From Obrimoposthia wandeli (lineage: Eukaryota): a stretch of 64,000 nucleotides of DNA. The stretch covers positions 1,674,001 to 1,738,000 of the forward strand of contig CDROCS010000506.1 of NCBI GenBank assembly GCA_977020255.1, in the 5' to 3' direction. Below, one piece after another: positions 39,675-49,441 of this stretch. Within the stretch, counting starts at the first letter, position 1; each line of letters opens with the position of its first letter. The notes under the pieces were generated by a model, which was given only the letters and a program-made list of their open reading frames with translations, was not told the DNA's origin and searched no databases. A program made the position numbers and the translations under genes.

Positions 39675-40538
39675 TTATTCTGCAATAAACTCGCGAAGTT
39701 TCTTCATTGCATTTTTTTCTAACTGACGTACACGTTCAGCAGAAACACCATAACGGTCAGCTAATTCTTGTAGCGTAGCTTTATCTTCCGCTAACCAACG
39801 AGAATTAACGATATCTTGACTACGGTCATCTAATTCTGAAATTGCGCTAGTTAAACGTCGAGATGCACTTTTATCCCAGTTTTCACGCTCTACTTGCTGT
39901 GCAACATCTGACGCGTTGTCTTCTAAATACTGCGCTGGCGAAAAGCTCATTGAACCAGAATCTTTATCACTATCATCATCAGCATATAAATCAAATGCTT
40001 GATCTGAATAAGACATTCTTGATTCCATTTCCACTACATCTTTAGTAGAAACACCCAAGTTTTCAGCAACAGTTTGCACTTCAGCATGGGTAAACCAGCC
40101 TAAGCGTTTTTTTGATTTACGTAGATTAAAGAATAGTTTACGTTGCGCTTTAGTTGTCGCAACTTTCACTACACGCCAATTACGTAGCACAAATTCATGA
40201 ATCTCGGCTTTCACCCAATGCACAGCAAAAGAAACTAATCTTACACCGACAGCAGGGTTGAAACGTTTCACGGCTTTCATTAAGCCAATGTTACCTTCCT
40301 GGATTAAATCTGCTTGAGACAATCCATAACCAGCGTAACCACGGGCAACGTGAACAACAAAGCGTAGATGTGACATGATCAACTGACGTGCAGCATCAAC
40401 ATCACCTTCATTCTGCAAGCTTTCGCCTAGTCCCTTTTCTTGTTCAGCAGTCAACATTGGAATACTATTCACGCCTTGGATATAGGCTTCAATGCTACCC
40501 TGAGGAACTAATGCCATACTTTGCATATCTTTGCTCAT
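39675..40538 (-). CDS. rpoH: RNA polymerase sigma-32
   Basis: [23 protein letters not shown], RpoH box [25 protein letters not shown]; start placed at 40538. Confidence 0.98.
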   Translation of the reverse strand: MSKDMQSMALVPQGSIEAYIQGVNSIPMLTAEQEKGLGESLQNEGDVDAARQLIMSHLRFVVHVARGYAGYGLSQADLIQEGNIGLMKAVKRFNPAVGVRLVSFAVHWVKAEIHEFVLRNWRVVKVATTKAQRKLFFNLRKSKKRLGWFTHAEVQTVAENLGVSTKDVVEMESRMSYSDQAFDLYADDDSDKDSGSMSFSPAQYLEDNASDVAQQVERENWDKSASRRLTSAISELDDRSQDIVNSRWLAEDKATLQELADRYGVSAERVRQLEKNAMKKLREFIAE

Positions 40539-40574
40539 CAACAATTCTCCCATTATTACAAATTAATCGGCGAG

Positions 40575-40603
40575 ATCTTACCACGACTAGCGCCTGTCGA
40601 CAA
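40575..40603 (-). promoter_or_regulatory. Putative sigma70 promoter of rpoH
   Basis: Minus strand TTGTCG-17-TAAGAT with TG extension. Confidence 0.55.
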
Positions 40604-40642
40604 ATTCGACAATCCGTGTGACCGCACAAATAAACTATATTC

Positions 40643-40703
40643 TCTTAAATATTAAATATACTTGTCTTAAATATTAAATATAGTGCTCTTAAATACTTAA
40701 AAC
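40643..40703. repeat. Three direct repeats with 22-bp period (TCTTAAATATTAAATATA)
   Basis: Copies start at 40643, 40665 (identical 18-mers) and 40687 (degenerate). Confidence 0.8.
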
Positions 40704-40981
40704 AAATAATTCAATCTACTGATAAATAACTAAAAAGCTATCGACCTGAACATTTACTGTACTTTTTATGTACAATCTAGTTTAACGCCAGATTAGAAAA
40801 GCTCTAGTTTAATTACAGAAGATTACATTAACATGACAAATAAAAATAAACCCATCGGCTAATGCATACCCTTTAGTATGACTTTCGTTACTCGATAAGA
40901 TTCAATACTTTTATAAAATCAACATTAGTTTACAAATACCAAAGGATAGCAAACGCTACCCTTTGATACTTTTTTTAAACA

Positions 40982-42898
40982 CTAGTGCAAGTCAGGTATA
41001 ACACCTACTTGCGGCATATCAGCTAAACCAACATCACGAGCATGTTGTTCAAAACCTTTATTTTTCCAAAAGAAGGCGCCAGGCATAGTCGTCGGAATAA
41101 CCAGCACATAAAACAGTGCACGGCTGACTGTAGACGCTAAAGCAATTGATACCACGGGCAATAACCATAACAAGCTTAAATAACCTGCAGGGGCTAATAG
41201 AGCAAGTAAGGTTAACGCAAGCACGTTAATCGCCACTGTCACGTTACGTAAGTAGTAGGTTTTACCAAAAGTAGTACATTGCACATAATGCGACGCAGCA
41301 CCTTCGCCCTGCTCTACATTGAGATGTTTCGCGTGCATGTATAAACCAAACGCTTCGATCACTAAACCTGTAATAGCAATCGGCGTAAGCTCGAGTAGTA
41401 AAGGATACAATCCAACACCCTCATTACCCGCGGTACCAATCACAGCAACTAACGCCGTTAATATCGTGCCCAGTGCAATCGCAGAACCAAGGAAAGCACA
41501 AGCCGTTTGCCAATGATCCCAGAACGGACGTGCTTTGATACGATAACTGCGGTACATGTAATACAAACCACCAGCACTACCGATTAAGGCCAGAACACCA
41601 AAGGCATTAGCAATATAGCTAAACAAACTTAATTCAAACAGCCAAGCAACACCTTGGAAAAAAGTAAATGCCCCCATGAATCCAAAGAACAAGGCAACCC
41701 CTAACCCTTCTCGGCTTACAGGCGAGTGCGCTAAGTTATTAAAGCCACGATAGAAACGTTTAGGTTTACCCAGATGCAATGTCGACATTAATAAACCAAT
41801 CGCCTGCATAACCATTAATAATACCAACAGTGATAAGCCGGTACCTGATACCGAAAACCCTTTTAGACTCTCAACACCCAATAATGGGCCAAGGAAGATA
41901 AGTGCAAATGCACCCATCGCCGCTTGCGAGAACAAGGTAAAAATAACTAATGGATTCTCACGCGAGCTTAAGCGCCCTAAATTCCATGATTGTTCTTTAC
42001 CGTCTTTTTCATCCACAACAGAACGGAATGAGCCGTCTTCTTGTTTGTGATATTTAAGCGGCATATTATCAGTACGCGTCATTTCTCGCTGGGTACTGGT
42101 TGTTTGTTGAAAACGAATATTTGGATTGGTGATACTTGGATCTGGGAAACCGGGCATTGAAGTTTTTGCCTGAACACGGTTCTCAGGGGTATTTTCCACC
42201 ACACCAAAGTTCAGCGCATTACCTAAACAGGCCGAGACACAGGCTGGTTTTAATCCCACCTCTAAACGGTCCACACACATATTACATTTTGATACCTGAC
42301 CTTTAATCGGATCAAGCTGTGGCGCATTGTATGGGCAAACCCAAGTACAATAACCACAACCAAAACAGGTATCCGGATCTTGTAATACCGCACCGTATTC
42401 AACGTGCTTAGTATAGGCTTTAGTTGGACAACCTTTTAAACAAACCGGATCATCACAATGGTTACACGCCATGGAAATATTAATCCGTTTGTAATCAGGG
42501 TAGCTGCCACTCTCGACATAACCAACACTACGAAAGGCTATGTGTGCCGGGTTATCATTCTTTTCACTACACGCAGCTTCACAGGCGTGACAACCAATAC
42601 AGTTATCGGCGGTAAAATGAAAGGCATGTTGTTTATTCCGATTGGGGTTATCACCCACGGCTTTATTTTCATTAATGTTCATTGAACGGCCAACCGGTAA
42701 CTTACCTTCTGTGCGTTCAATTAAATCAATTTTTTTACCATAGGTATTCACATCAAATATTTCTACATCGGCTAATTTTGCATAACCTTGCTCACCTCTA
42801 CGCTGTTCAAAGATAGGCGTTCCTTCTTTAACAACAGGTTTTTCTGCCGCACCAATTTGATCAAGGCGGTCTCTAAATTGTTCTAACTTGTCTAACAT
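40982..42898 (-). CDS. Fused 4x[4Fe-4S] ferredoxin (DmsB-like) + DmsC/YnfH-type membrane anchor
   Basis: CIGCHACEAAC, CNHCDDPVCLKGCP, CFGCGYCTWVCP, CNMC...PACVSAC; then PLVIFTLFSQ, STLHLGKP.R, SPVSRE and ~8 TM helices. Confidence 0.9.
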   Translation of the reverse strand: MLDKLEQFRDRLDQIGAAEKPVVKEGTPIFEQRRGEQGYAKLADVEIFDVNTYGKKIDLIERTEGKLPVGRSMNINENKAVGDNPNRNKQHAFHFTADNCIGCHACEAACSEKNDNPAHIAFRSVGYVESGSYPDYKRINISMACNHCDDPVCLKGCPTKAYTKHVEYGAVLQDPDTCFGCGYCTWVCPYNAPQLDPIKGQVSKCNMCVDRLEVGLKPACVSACLGNALNFGVVENTPENRVQAKTSMPGFPDPSITNPNIRFQQTTSTQREMTRTDNMPLKYHKQEDGSFRSVVDEKDGKEQSWNLGRLSSRENPLVIFTLFSQAAMGAFALIFLGPLLGVESLKGFSVSGTGLSLLVLLMVMQAIGLLMSTLHLGKPKRFYRGFNNLAHSPVSREGLGVALFFGFMGAFTFFQGVAWLFELSLFSYIANAFGVLALIGSAGGLYYMYRSYRIKARPFWDHWQTACAFLGSAIALGTILTALVAVIGTAGNEGVGLYPLLLELTPIAITGLVIEAFGLYMHAKHLNVEQGEGAASHYVQCTTFGKTYYLRNVTVAINVLALTLLALLAPAGYLSLLWLLPVVSIALASTVSRALFYVLVIPTTMPGAFFWKNKGFEQHARDVGLADMPQVGVIPDLH

Positions 42899-42973
42899 AA
42901 TTTATCCCTGTTATGTTATCGCATGGGGCTTAACTCAATACGTCCGGGTATCTTTTGGCATTCAACATATGAC

Positions 42974-45163
42974 TTAGTACGTACGTCTTTCGCGGTTCAT
43001 TTTCGCCGCCAATTTTTGGTCTATATGCTCAATACGCAATGAACTCTGCTTAAAGGCAGGTTGACGAGAATGCGGATCAAGTAACCCAAGACACAAACGA
43101 TTTACACAATCATGGAAATGGAATGGAATAAATACAGAATTTGGCGCGACACGCTGCGTTAATTGCACCATGACCACGGCATCTCCACGACGAGAAGCTA
43201 TACGCACATAACTTTGATGTTTAACACCCAATTTGGCTGCAGCATCTGGGTTCATTTCCATATACGGAGTGGGACTATATTTGTTTAAGTTACCCATTTT
43301 ACCGGTACGCGTACGGGTATGAAAATGTTCAACTACACGGCCACTGTTAAGCCAGAACGGATATTCTTCACAAGGGTGTTCGTTATTATCAACCCAAGGT
43401 AATGGGATCAGATTCGCTTTACCGGTTGGCGTAGCAAACTTACCGTCAGTATAAAGGCGTGCGCCTTCGTCATTGTCCGTCGCACCTTCACGGTACGGCC
43501 ATTGTAGTCCACGGGCTTTTTCAATCTTCTCGTAAGTCATACCGGAAATATCAAGATTACGATCGGCACCTTTCGACAAGGTTTTCATTTCTTCAAAGGC
43601 TTCTTCAGTGGTTAGCGGAAAAGTGATTTTTTGGCCGTTTTCAAAACGCTTAGATAATTCTGAGAAGATCCAAAAGTCAGATTTAGAATTACCCTTCGGT
43701 GCTTGCACATTGGTCACGCGGTTAACTCGGCGCTCGGTATTCGTAAATACCCCCTCTTTCTCGGCCCATACAGCGGCAGGTAAGAACATATGTGCATACT
43801 GGGTTGTTTCTACATCTTGATACGCATCTTGCACCACTAAGAAATCTAACTTCTCTAATGTTTTACGAATACGTGAAGTATTCGGCATCGACGTCATTGG
43901 GTTTGTCGCCACCAGCCACAGACCTTTAATTTGCCCAGTTTCAATGGCAGGGAAAATATCCGTTTGTGCTAAACCACGTTTTTTAGGGAAGAACTCAGGA
44001 TCAATACCCCAGAACTTAGCAATATCATTACGGTCTTGTTCTTTCTCTAGCGCGCGGTAACCCGGTAAGCCAGAACAAGAAGACCATTCACGTGTGCCCA
44101 TGGCATTACATTGACCGGTAATCGATAAGCTAGTACCACCCGGCACACCAATATTACCGGTGATAAGCGAGAGTGAATTACAACCGGTGATCGCATCACT
44201 ACCGTGGGTACTTTGATTCAGTCCCATGGTCCAGATGCTCATGGCTTTGCCTGCTTTAGCAAACAAACGCGCTACGTGACGAATAGTATCTTCATCGATA
44301 CCGCAAATTTTCGCTGCTGAGGTTGGGTCAAAATCTTCGACACAGGCTCTTAATTCTTCAATACCATTGGTGTATTTTTCGATATAGTCTTTATCTTCTA
44401 GACCTTCTTTTAAGATCACGTGCATTAACGCATTCTGTAAAACAATATCGGTGCCCGGACTAATAGGTAAATGAATATCCGCAAACTGCGCCAACATAGT
44501 CACACGCGGATCGACCACGATAAGTGGGAAGTTACGCTTTTCTTTAGCTTCTTTTAAGCGCCAGTAAATAACCGGATGCTGCTCTGGCAGGTTTGAACCC
44601 CAAGCAATCAAACAATCGGTATGGGAGAAATCATCGTAACAGCCAGGTGGGCCATCAGAGCCAAATGAGCGCTTATAACCTGAAACCGCAGAAGCCATAC
44701 ATAAGGTGGTGTTACCATCGTAGTTGTTGGTACCAATACAGCCACGGGCTAATTTACCTAAAGTATAAAACTCTTCTGTAAGCAATTGACCAGTTGATAC
44801 GATGGCAAATGCATCTTTACCGTACTGATCTTGAATCGCTTTAATTTTGTCCCCCATGGTATCAAGTGCAGAGTCCCAGTTAGTCTCTGTATAATTGTCA
44901 TGAATGTGATCGCGAATAAGCGGGTTGTTACCACGCCCAGCCGCATCAAATAACTCATGTTCAAAGATGCCCTTGATACATAATTTACCTCTATTCACAT
45001 CGGCGTCAGCAACACCTCGACTCGCAACAGCATTCCCTTGCTCATTCATACCGATCTCGATAGAACAACCTGTAGAACAATATCCACACGTTGTATATTT
45101 CCATTCTTTAACCTGTTTATCCGCAATGCGAATAGGCTTTTGATCCTTGCGTCCGAAAATCAT
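42974..45163 (-). CDS. Molybdopterin nitrate reductase catalytic subunit, NarB/NasA type, no Tat signal
   Basis: 729 aa; CGYCSTGC...GKLC Fe-S motif, Mo-ligand NTTLCMAS, GQCNAMGTRE, EKEGVFTNTERR, FHTRTRTG; no C-terminal BFD 2Fe-2S domain. Confidence 0.88.
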   Translation of the reverse strand: MIFGRKDQKPIRIADKQVKEWKYTTCGYCSTGCSIEIGMNEQGNAVASRGVADADVNRGKLCIKGIFEHELFDAAGRGNNPLIRDHIHDNYTETNWDSALDTMGDKIKAIQDQYGKDAFAIVSTGQLLTEEFYTLGKLARGCIGTNNYDGNTTLCMASAVSGYKRSFGSDGPPGCYDDFSHTDCLIAWGSNLPEQHPVIYWRLKEAKEKRNFPLIVVDPRVTMLAQFADIHLPISPGTDIVLQNALMHVILKEGLEDKDYIEKYTNGIEELRACVEDFDPTSAAKICGIDEDTIRHVARLFAKAGKAMSIWTMGLNQSTHGSDAITGCNSLSLITGNIGVPGGTSLSITGQCNAMGTREWSSCSGLPGYRALEKEQDRNDIAKFWGIDPEFFPKKRGLAQTDIFPAIETGQIKGLWLVATNPMTSMPNTSRIRKTLEKLDFLVVQDAYQDVETTQYAHMFLPAAVWAEKEGVFTNTERRVNRVTNVQAPKGNSKSDFWIFSELSKRFENGQKITFPLTTEEAFEEMKTLSKGADRNLDISGMTYEKIEKARGLQWPYREGATDNDEGARLYTDGKFATPTGKANLIPLPWVDNNEHPCEEYPFWLNSGRVVEHFHTRTRTGKMGNLNKYSPTPYMEMNPDAAAKLGVKHQSYVRIASRRGDAVVMVQLTQRVAPNSVFIPFHFHDCVNRLCLGLLDPHSRQPAFKQSSLRIEHIDQKLAAKMNRERRTY

Positions 45164-45245
45164 AAGACGTCTCCATTGAATTGCTCAACACATTGTTTAT
45201 TGGTTTTATCTCTATTCTTTAGAGAGTTTCTTTATAAACAGATAG

Positions 45246-45261
45246 AGCAATAACCAAGCCA
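45246..45261 (-). promoter_or_regulatory. sigma54 promoter of the nitrate reductase operon
   Basis: Minus strand TGGCTT-GGTTA-TTGCT with correct -24/-12 spacing. Confidence 0.75.
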
Positions 45262-45388
45262 GCTTACTTTAAACACGCACAAAAAGGATGATGTTCTTCT
45301 TTAACCTGATAAACACAGACGTTTTCCTGCTATTTATCCACACGTTCATGCATTTTAACCACATCTATGACAATGCACTCCTCTAAAT

Positions 45389-45405
45389 TGCACCATGGCT
45401 GTGCG
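45389..45405. promoter_or_regulatory. NtrC binding site
   Basis: TGCACCATGGCTGTGCG = GCAC-N7-GTGC; half-sites TGCACT (45374) and TGGTGCA (45419). Confidence 0.7.
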
Positions 45406-45520
45406 ATAAAGGAAAAACTGGTGCAACATCACAGTGGTTAATCCCCCAAAAAACCTTACAAAAAAAAAGACTCAATAACAAAACCTTAAATATCAACAAC
45501 TAAAGCTTTAATTAAAGAGT

Positions 45521-45536
45521 TGGCATTGTCTTTGCG
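45521..45536 (+). promoter_or_regulatory. sigma54 promoter of the cobA-nirB-nirD-kinase operon
   Basis: TGGCAT-TGTCT-TTGCG; IHF-like TATCAACAACTAA at 45491-45503. Confidence 0.8.
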
Positions 45537-45594
45537 TTAGTGAGTCTGTCAGTAATTAAGTAAAGAACAGAGCAGTACTACAGGGATGTGAGTC

Positions 45595-46413
45595 ATGACA
45601 GTTGAATTAATTACCAAAGCGCAATCAAAAAATAACAATAGCCAAGGTCAAGTTGCATTAGTAGGAGCAGGTCCGGGGGATCCAGAATTGCTCACACTAA
45701 AGGCATTAAAAGCGATTGAAAGTGCCGACCTTATCTTATTTGATAACTTAGTTAGCCAAGACATTAGAGCTTTATTCCCACTCCACACTAAAGCAATTTA
45801 TGTGGGCAAGAAAAAAGCTGACCATTGTATTCCACAAGACCAATTGAATTTATTCATGGTTGATAAAGCAAAACAGGGTCTGAATATTTGCCGTCTAAAA
45901 GGCGGTGACCCTTTTGTATTTGGCCGCGGTAGTGAAGAACAACTGGTGCTCCATGCCAATAATATAAAAACAATCGTCGTTCCCGGCGTAACAGCTGCAT
46001 CTGGGTGCACTGCTTACGCTGGTATCCCGTTAACCCATAGAGGGCTATCAACGGGCTGCACCTTTATTACTGGTCACCTAAAGAATGGTCAGCTAGATCT
46101 AAATTGGTCGCAGCTCGCGCACCTTGAACACACTTTAGTGTTCTACATGGGATTAGGTAAATTAGCGGAAATCTCTGCGCAACTGATCAGTCATGGTCTG
46201 GACAGCAATACGCCAGCAGCCTTGATTGAGAACGGTTCAACACCGCAGCAAAGAGAGTTTGTTGGCACAGTAGCAACATTGCCAACACTCGCGATTGAAC
46301 ACCAATTACAAAGTCCTAGCCTGATCGTGATCGGCAAAGTTGTCTCTCTTGCAGAACAACTTAGCTGGCGAGATCTAGAGCAAGCGGCAAAAAATCAAGA
46401 ATTAAGCGCATAA
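45595..46413 (+). CDS. cobA: Uroporphyrinogen-III C-methyltransferase (siroheme synthesis)
   Basis: LVGAGPGDPELLTLKA, RLKGGDPFVFGRG.EE, VPGVTAA, GIPLTHR; methyltransferase module only. Confidence 0.95.
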   Translation: MTVELITKAQSKNNNSQGQVALVGAGPGDPELLTLKALKAIESADLILFDNLVSQDIRALFPLHTKAIYVGKKKADHCIPQDQLNLFMVDKAKQGLNICRLKGGDPFVFGRGSEEQLVLHANNIKTIVVPGVTAASGCTAYAGIPLTHRGLSTGCTFITGHLKNGQLDLNWSQLAHLEHTLVFYMGLGKLAEISAQLISHGLDSNTPAALIENGSTPQQREFVGTVATLPTLAIEHQLQSPSLIVIGKVVSLAEQLSWRDLEQAAKNQELSA

Positions 46414-46424
46414 CGGAGCATGTC

Positions 46425-48959
46425 ATGAAAAGAATTATAGTTGTCGGTAACGGCATGGTAGGTCACCATTTCATTGACCAATTTATTCAACAAGAAAAGA
46501 TGGGTGAAGTACAAATCACCACATTCAGTGAAGAATCACGTCTTGCTTACGATCGCGTTCAATTAAGTGCTTATTTCAGTGGTAAAACAGCTGATGACTT
46601 AATGATGACATCACCAGAATATTATGATGACAACGGCGTACAATATTTTGTAAACGATAAAGTTGTTGGCATCGATAAAGACGCTAAAACAGTTACGACG
46701 GCACAAGGCCGTGTAGAGAGTTACGACAAATTAGTGCTAGCGACGGGTTCATTCCCATTCGTGCCACCCATTCCAGGTAAAGACCAAGACCATTGTTTGG
46801 TTTACCGTACCATTGACGATTTAGAAGACATCACTGCATCAGCCAAAGAAAGTAAGGTCGGTGTCGTTATCGGTGGTGGTCTACTGGGTCTTGAAGCGGC
46901 TAACGCAATCAAACAGCTTGGTCTTGAAACGCACGTTGTTGAATTTGCACCACGCCTGATGGCAGTGCAAGTAGATGACGGTGGCGGCAAAATTCTGCGT
47001 AACAAGATTGAAGAGTTAGGCGTAACGGTACACACAGAAAAAAATACCAAAGAAATTGTTAAAGGTGAAACAAGCCGTTACCGCATGAACTTTGCTGACG
47101 GCTCGCACGTTGAAACAGACATGATTATCTTCTCTGCCGGTATTCGCCCACAAGATGAATTAGCCCGTTCATTCGACCTTACGCTAGGCGAACGTGGTGG
47201 TATTCAAGTTGATGATAACTGTTTAACGTCTGACGAAAATATTTTCGCTATTGGTGAATGTGCATTATGGCAGGGCCGTATCTTCGGTCTTGTTGCACCA
47301 GGTTACCAAATGGCAAAAGTCGCCGTCGACCATATCGTTGGTGAAGGTAAGTTAGCCTTTACCGGAGCCGATATGAGTACCAAGCTGAAATTGCTCGGTG
47401 TTGACGTGGCCAGTATCGGTGACGCCCATGGTAATGCCGAAGGCGCTCAAAACTATGTGTTCACCAACGAAGCAGACCAAGTTTATAAAAAATTAGTGAT
47501 TAGCGCATGTGGTAAGAAACTACTTGGTGCAGTCATGGTTGGTGAAGCCGAAGATTACGGTACTTGGTTACAAATTTACTTAAACGACATGGATATTCCG
47601 GGCTCACCTGAAAATATGTTAGTACCACCAGCAGAAGGTGGCGCGGTAACGATGGGTGTTGATGCCCTGCCTGATTCTGCTGTTATTTGTTCATGTCTGG
47701 ATGTAACCAAAGGTCAAATCTGCGCCGCAGTACAAGCGGGAGCAACCAGCATAGGTGATATTAAAACCATCACTAAAGCCGGTACCGGTTGTGGTGGTTG
47801 TAGCGCGCTAGTGACTCAAGTCCTCAATGCAGAGCTTGAAAGTATGGGTGTTGAAGTGAACACCGACCTGTGTGAGCATTTTGCTTACTCACGTGCAGAA
47901 CTGGCTGACATAATACGCGTTAAACGCATTAAAACCTTTGAAGCATTAATCACCGAGTTTGGTGCGGGTCATGGTTGTGAAGTTTGTCGTCCGACTGTCG
48001 CTAATATTCTGGCGTCATTTTGGAATGATTACATTCTCGAAGACGATCATCTTGGTCTGCAAGACGTCAATGATGTTTACCTGGGTAATATGCAAAAAGA
48101 TGGTACTTACTCTGTTGTACCACGTATCCCAGCAGGTGAGATCACCCCTGACAAATTAATCGTACTTGGTGAAGTAGCTAAAAAATATGGTTTATACACC
48201 AAGATAACCGGTGGTCTACGTATCGATTTATTTGGTGCGCAACTACATCAACTACCTGATATATGGGCATGGTTGATCCGAGAAGGCTTCGAAACAGGCC
48301 ATGCTTACGGTAAATCACTGCGTACCGTAAAATCGTGTGTGGGTAGTACTTGGTGTCGTTATGGTGTGCAAGACAGCATGTCTCTGGCGATTGATCTTGA
48401 GAACCGCTACAAAGGGCTACGCTCACCACATAAAATTAAGTTTGGCGTGTCAGGTTGTACACGTGAATGTGCTGAAGCCCAAGGTAAAGACATCGGCGTG
48501 ATTGCGACGGAAGGTGGCTGGGGTCTTTATGTCTGTGGTAATGGTGGTATGCGTCCGCGTCATGCCGATTTATTCGCAACCGACCTAGATACTGACACGC
48601 TGTACAAATATATTGACCGTGTATTGATGTTCTATATCCGCACTGCAGACCGTCTACAACGTACATCGGTTTGGTTAGAAAATCTTGACGGTGGTTTAGA
48701 TTACCTTAAAGACGTGGTTATGAATGACAAACTGGGTCTTAACGCAGAGCTTGAATCGGCAATGGCCGCAAACATTGCTAACTACCAATGTGAGTGGAAA
48801 ACCACGATTGAAAGCCCTGAAAAACTACTGCGCTTTAAGCACTTCATTAACTCTGAAGAAAGCGATACCGCAGTGCAGTTTGTTGAAGTGCGTGATCAAA
48901 TCCGCCCTGCGACCCCCGCAGAGCGAGCAGGTCAAATTGCCGTTCTTGAAGTGAGCTAA
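46425..48959 (+). CDS. nirB: NADH-dependent nitrite reductase, large subunit
   Basis: 844 aa; GNGMVG, GGGLLGLE, CSC...CGGC, CEHF...CEVC, siroheme ligands CVGSTWC and GCTREC. Confidence 0.97.
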   Translation: MKRIIVVGNGMVGHHFIDQFIQQEKMGEVQITTFSEESRLAYDRVQLSAYFSGKTADDLMMTSPEYYDDNGVQYFVNDKVVGIDKDAKTVTTAQGRVESYDKLVLATGSFPFVPPIPGKDQDHCLVYRTIDDLEDITASAKESKVGVVIGGGLLGLEAANAIKQLGLETHVVEFAPRLMAVQVDDGGGKILRNKIEELGVTVHTEKNTKEIVKGETSRYRMNFADGSHVETDMIIFSAGIRPQDELARSFDLTLGERGGIQVDDNCLTSDENIFAIGECALWQGRIFGLVAPGYQMAKVAVDHIVGEGKLAFTGADMSTKLKLLGVDVASIGDAHGNAEGAQNYVFTNEADQVYKKLVISACGKKLLGAVMVGEAEDYGTWLQIYLNDMDIPGSPENMLVPPAEGGAVTMGVDALPDSAVICSCLDVTKGQICAAVQAGATSIGDIKTITKAGTGCGGCSALVTQVLNAELESMGVEVNTDLCEHFAYSRAELADIIRVKRIKTFEALITEFGAGHGCEVCRPTVANILASFWNDYILEDDHLGLQDVNDVYLGNMQKDGTYSVVPRIPAGEITPDKLIVLGEVAKKYGLYTKITGGLRIDLFGAQLHQLPDIWAWLIREGFETGHAYGKSLRTVKSCVGSTWCRYGVQDSMSLAIDLENRYKGLRSPHKIKFGVSGCTRECAEAQGKDIGVIATEGGWGLYVCGNGGMRPRHADLFATDLDTDTLYKYIDRVLMFYIRTADRLQRTSVWLENLDGGLDYLKDVVMNDKLGLNAELESAMAANIANYQCEWKTTIESPEKLLRFKHFINSEESDTAVQFVEVRDQIRPATPAERAGQIAVLEVS

Positions 48960-49009
48960 TGATTAGCTAACGACAATTATAAATATCACGACATCGACCA
49001 TAACAACCA

Positions 49010-49033
49010 TTAGCAGGTGCTCGCACCTGCTAA
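49010..49033 (+). other. Perfect 11-bp intercistronic inverted repeat between nirB and nirD
   Basis: TTAGCAGGTGC-TC-GCACCTGCTAA. Confidence 0.7.
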
Positions 49034-49054
49034 AACAAGATTTAAGGATTTATT

Positions 49055-49381
49055 ATGATTACTTGGACTCCAATTATTGCCAAAGAACAACTCACGCCAG
49101 ACGCTGGTGTCTGTGCATTAGTGAACGGTAAGCAAGTTGCTATTTTCTTTGACCGTAAAACCGACAAATTATTTGCGATTGATAACTACTGCCCGGCAAG
49201 TAAAGCCAATGTGTTATCGCGTGGCTTAATCACCTCGGTGAAAGATGTATTAACGGTTTCATCACCACTGTATAAAGAACATTTCAGCCTAACCACAGGT
49301 GAATGTCTCGAAGATGAAACTTTATCAGTCCCTGTTTATGCGGTACGTGTCACTGATGGCATGGTCGAAGTAACGGCATAA
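49055..49381 (+). CDS. nirD: Nitrite reductase small subunit
   Basis: AGVCALVNGKQVAIF, NVLSRG, SPLYK.HF.L.TG.CLED; Rieske fold without cluster ligands (E. coli type). Confidence 0.95.
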   Translation: MITWTPIIAKEQLTPDAGVCALVNGKQVAIFFDRKTDKLFAIDNYCPASKANVLSRGLITSVKDVLTVSSPLYKEHFSLTTGECLEDETLSVPVYAVRVTDGMVEVTA

Positions 49382-49441
49382 TGAATTACGCTGGCTGAGT
49401 ATTATGATTACTACCACGACAATTAATTGCAGGGAGTTGCT

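Noticed and set aside
42797-42808. RR pair (EQRRGEQ) near the N-terminus of the Fe-S/anchor protein as a possible Tat motif
   Set aside because: No S/T-R-R-x-F-L-K context and no following hydrophobic h-region; coordinates approximate
45164-45245. ANTAR (NasT/NasR) tandem-hairpin leader
   Set aside because: Only one short stem, without the paired hexaloops or a terminator
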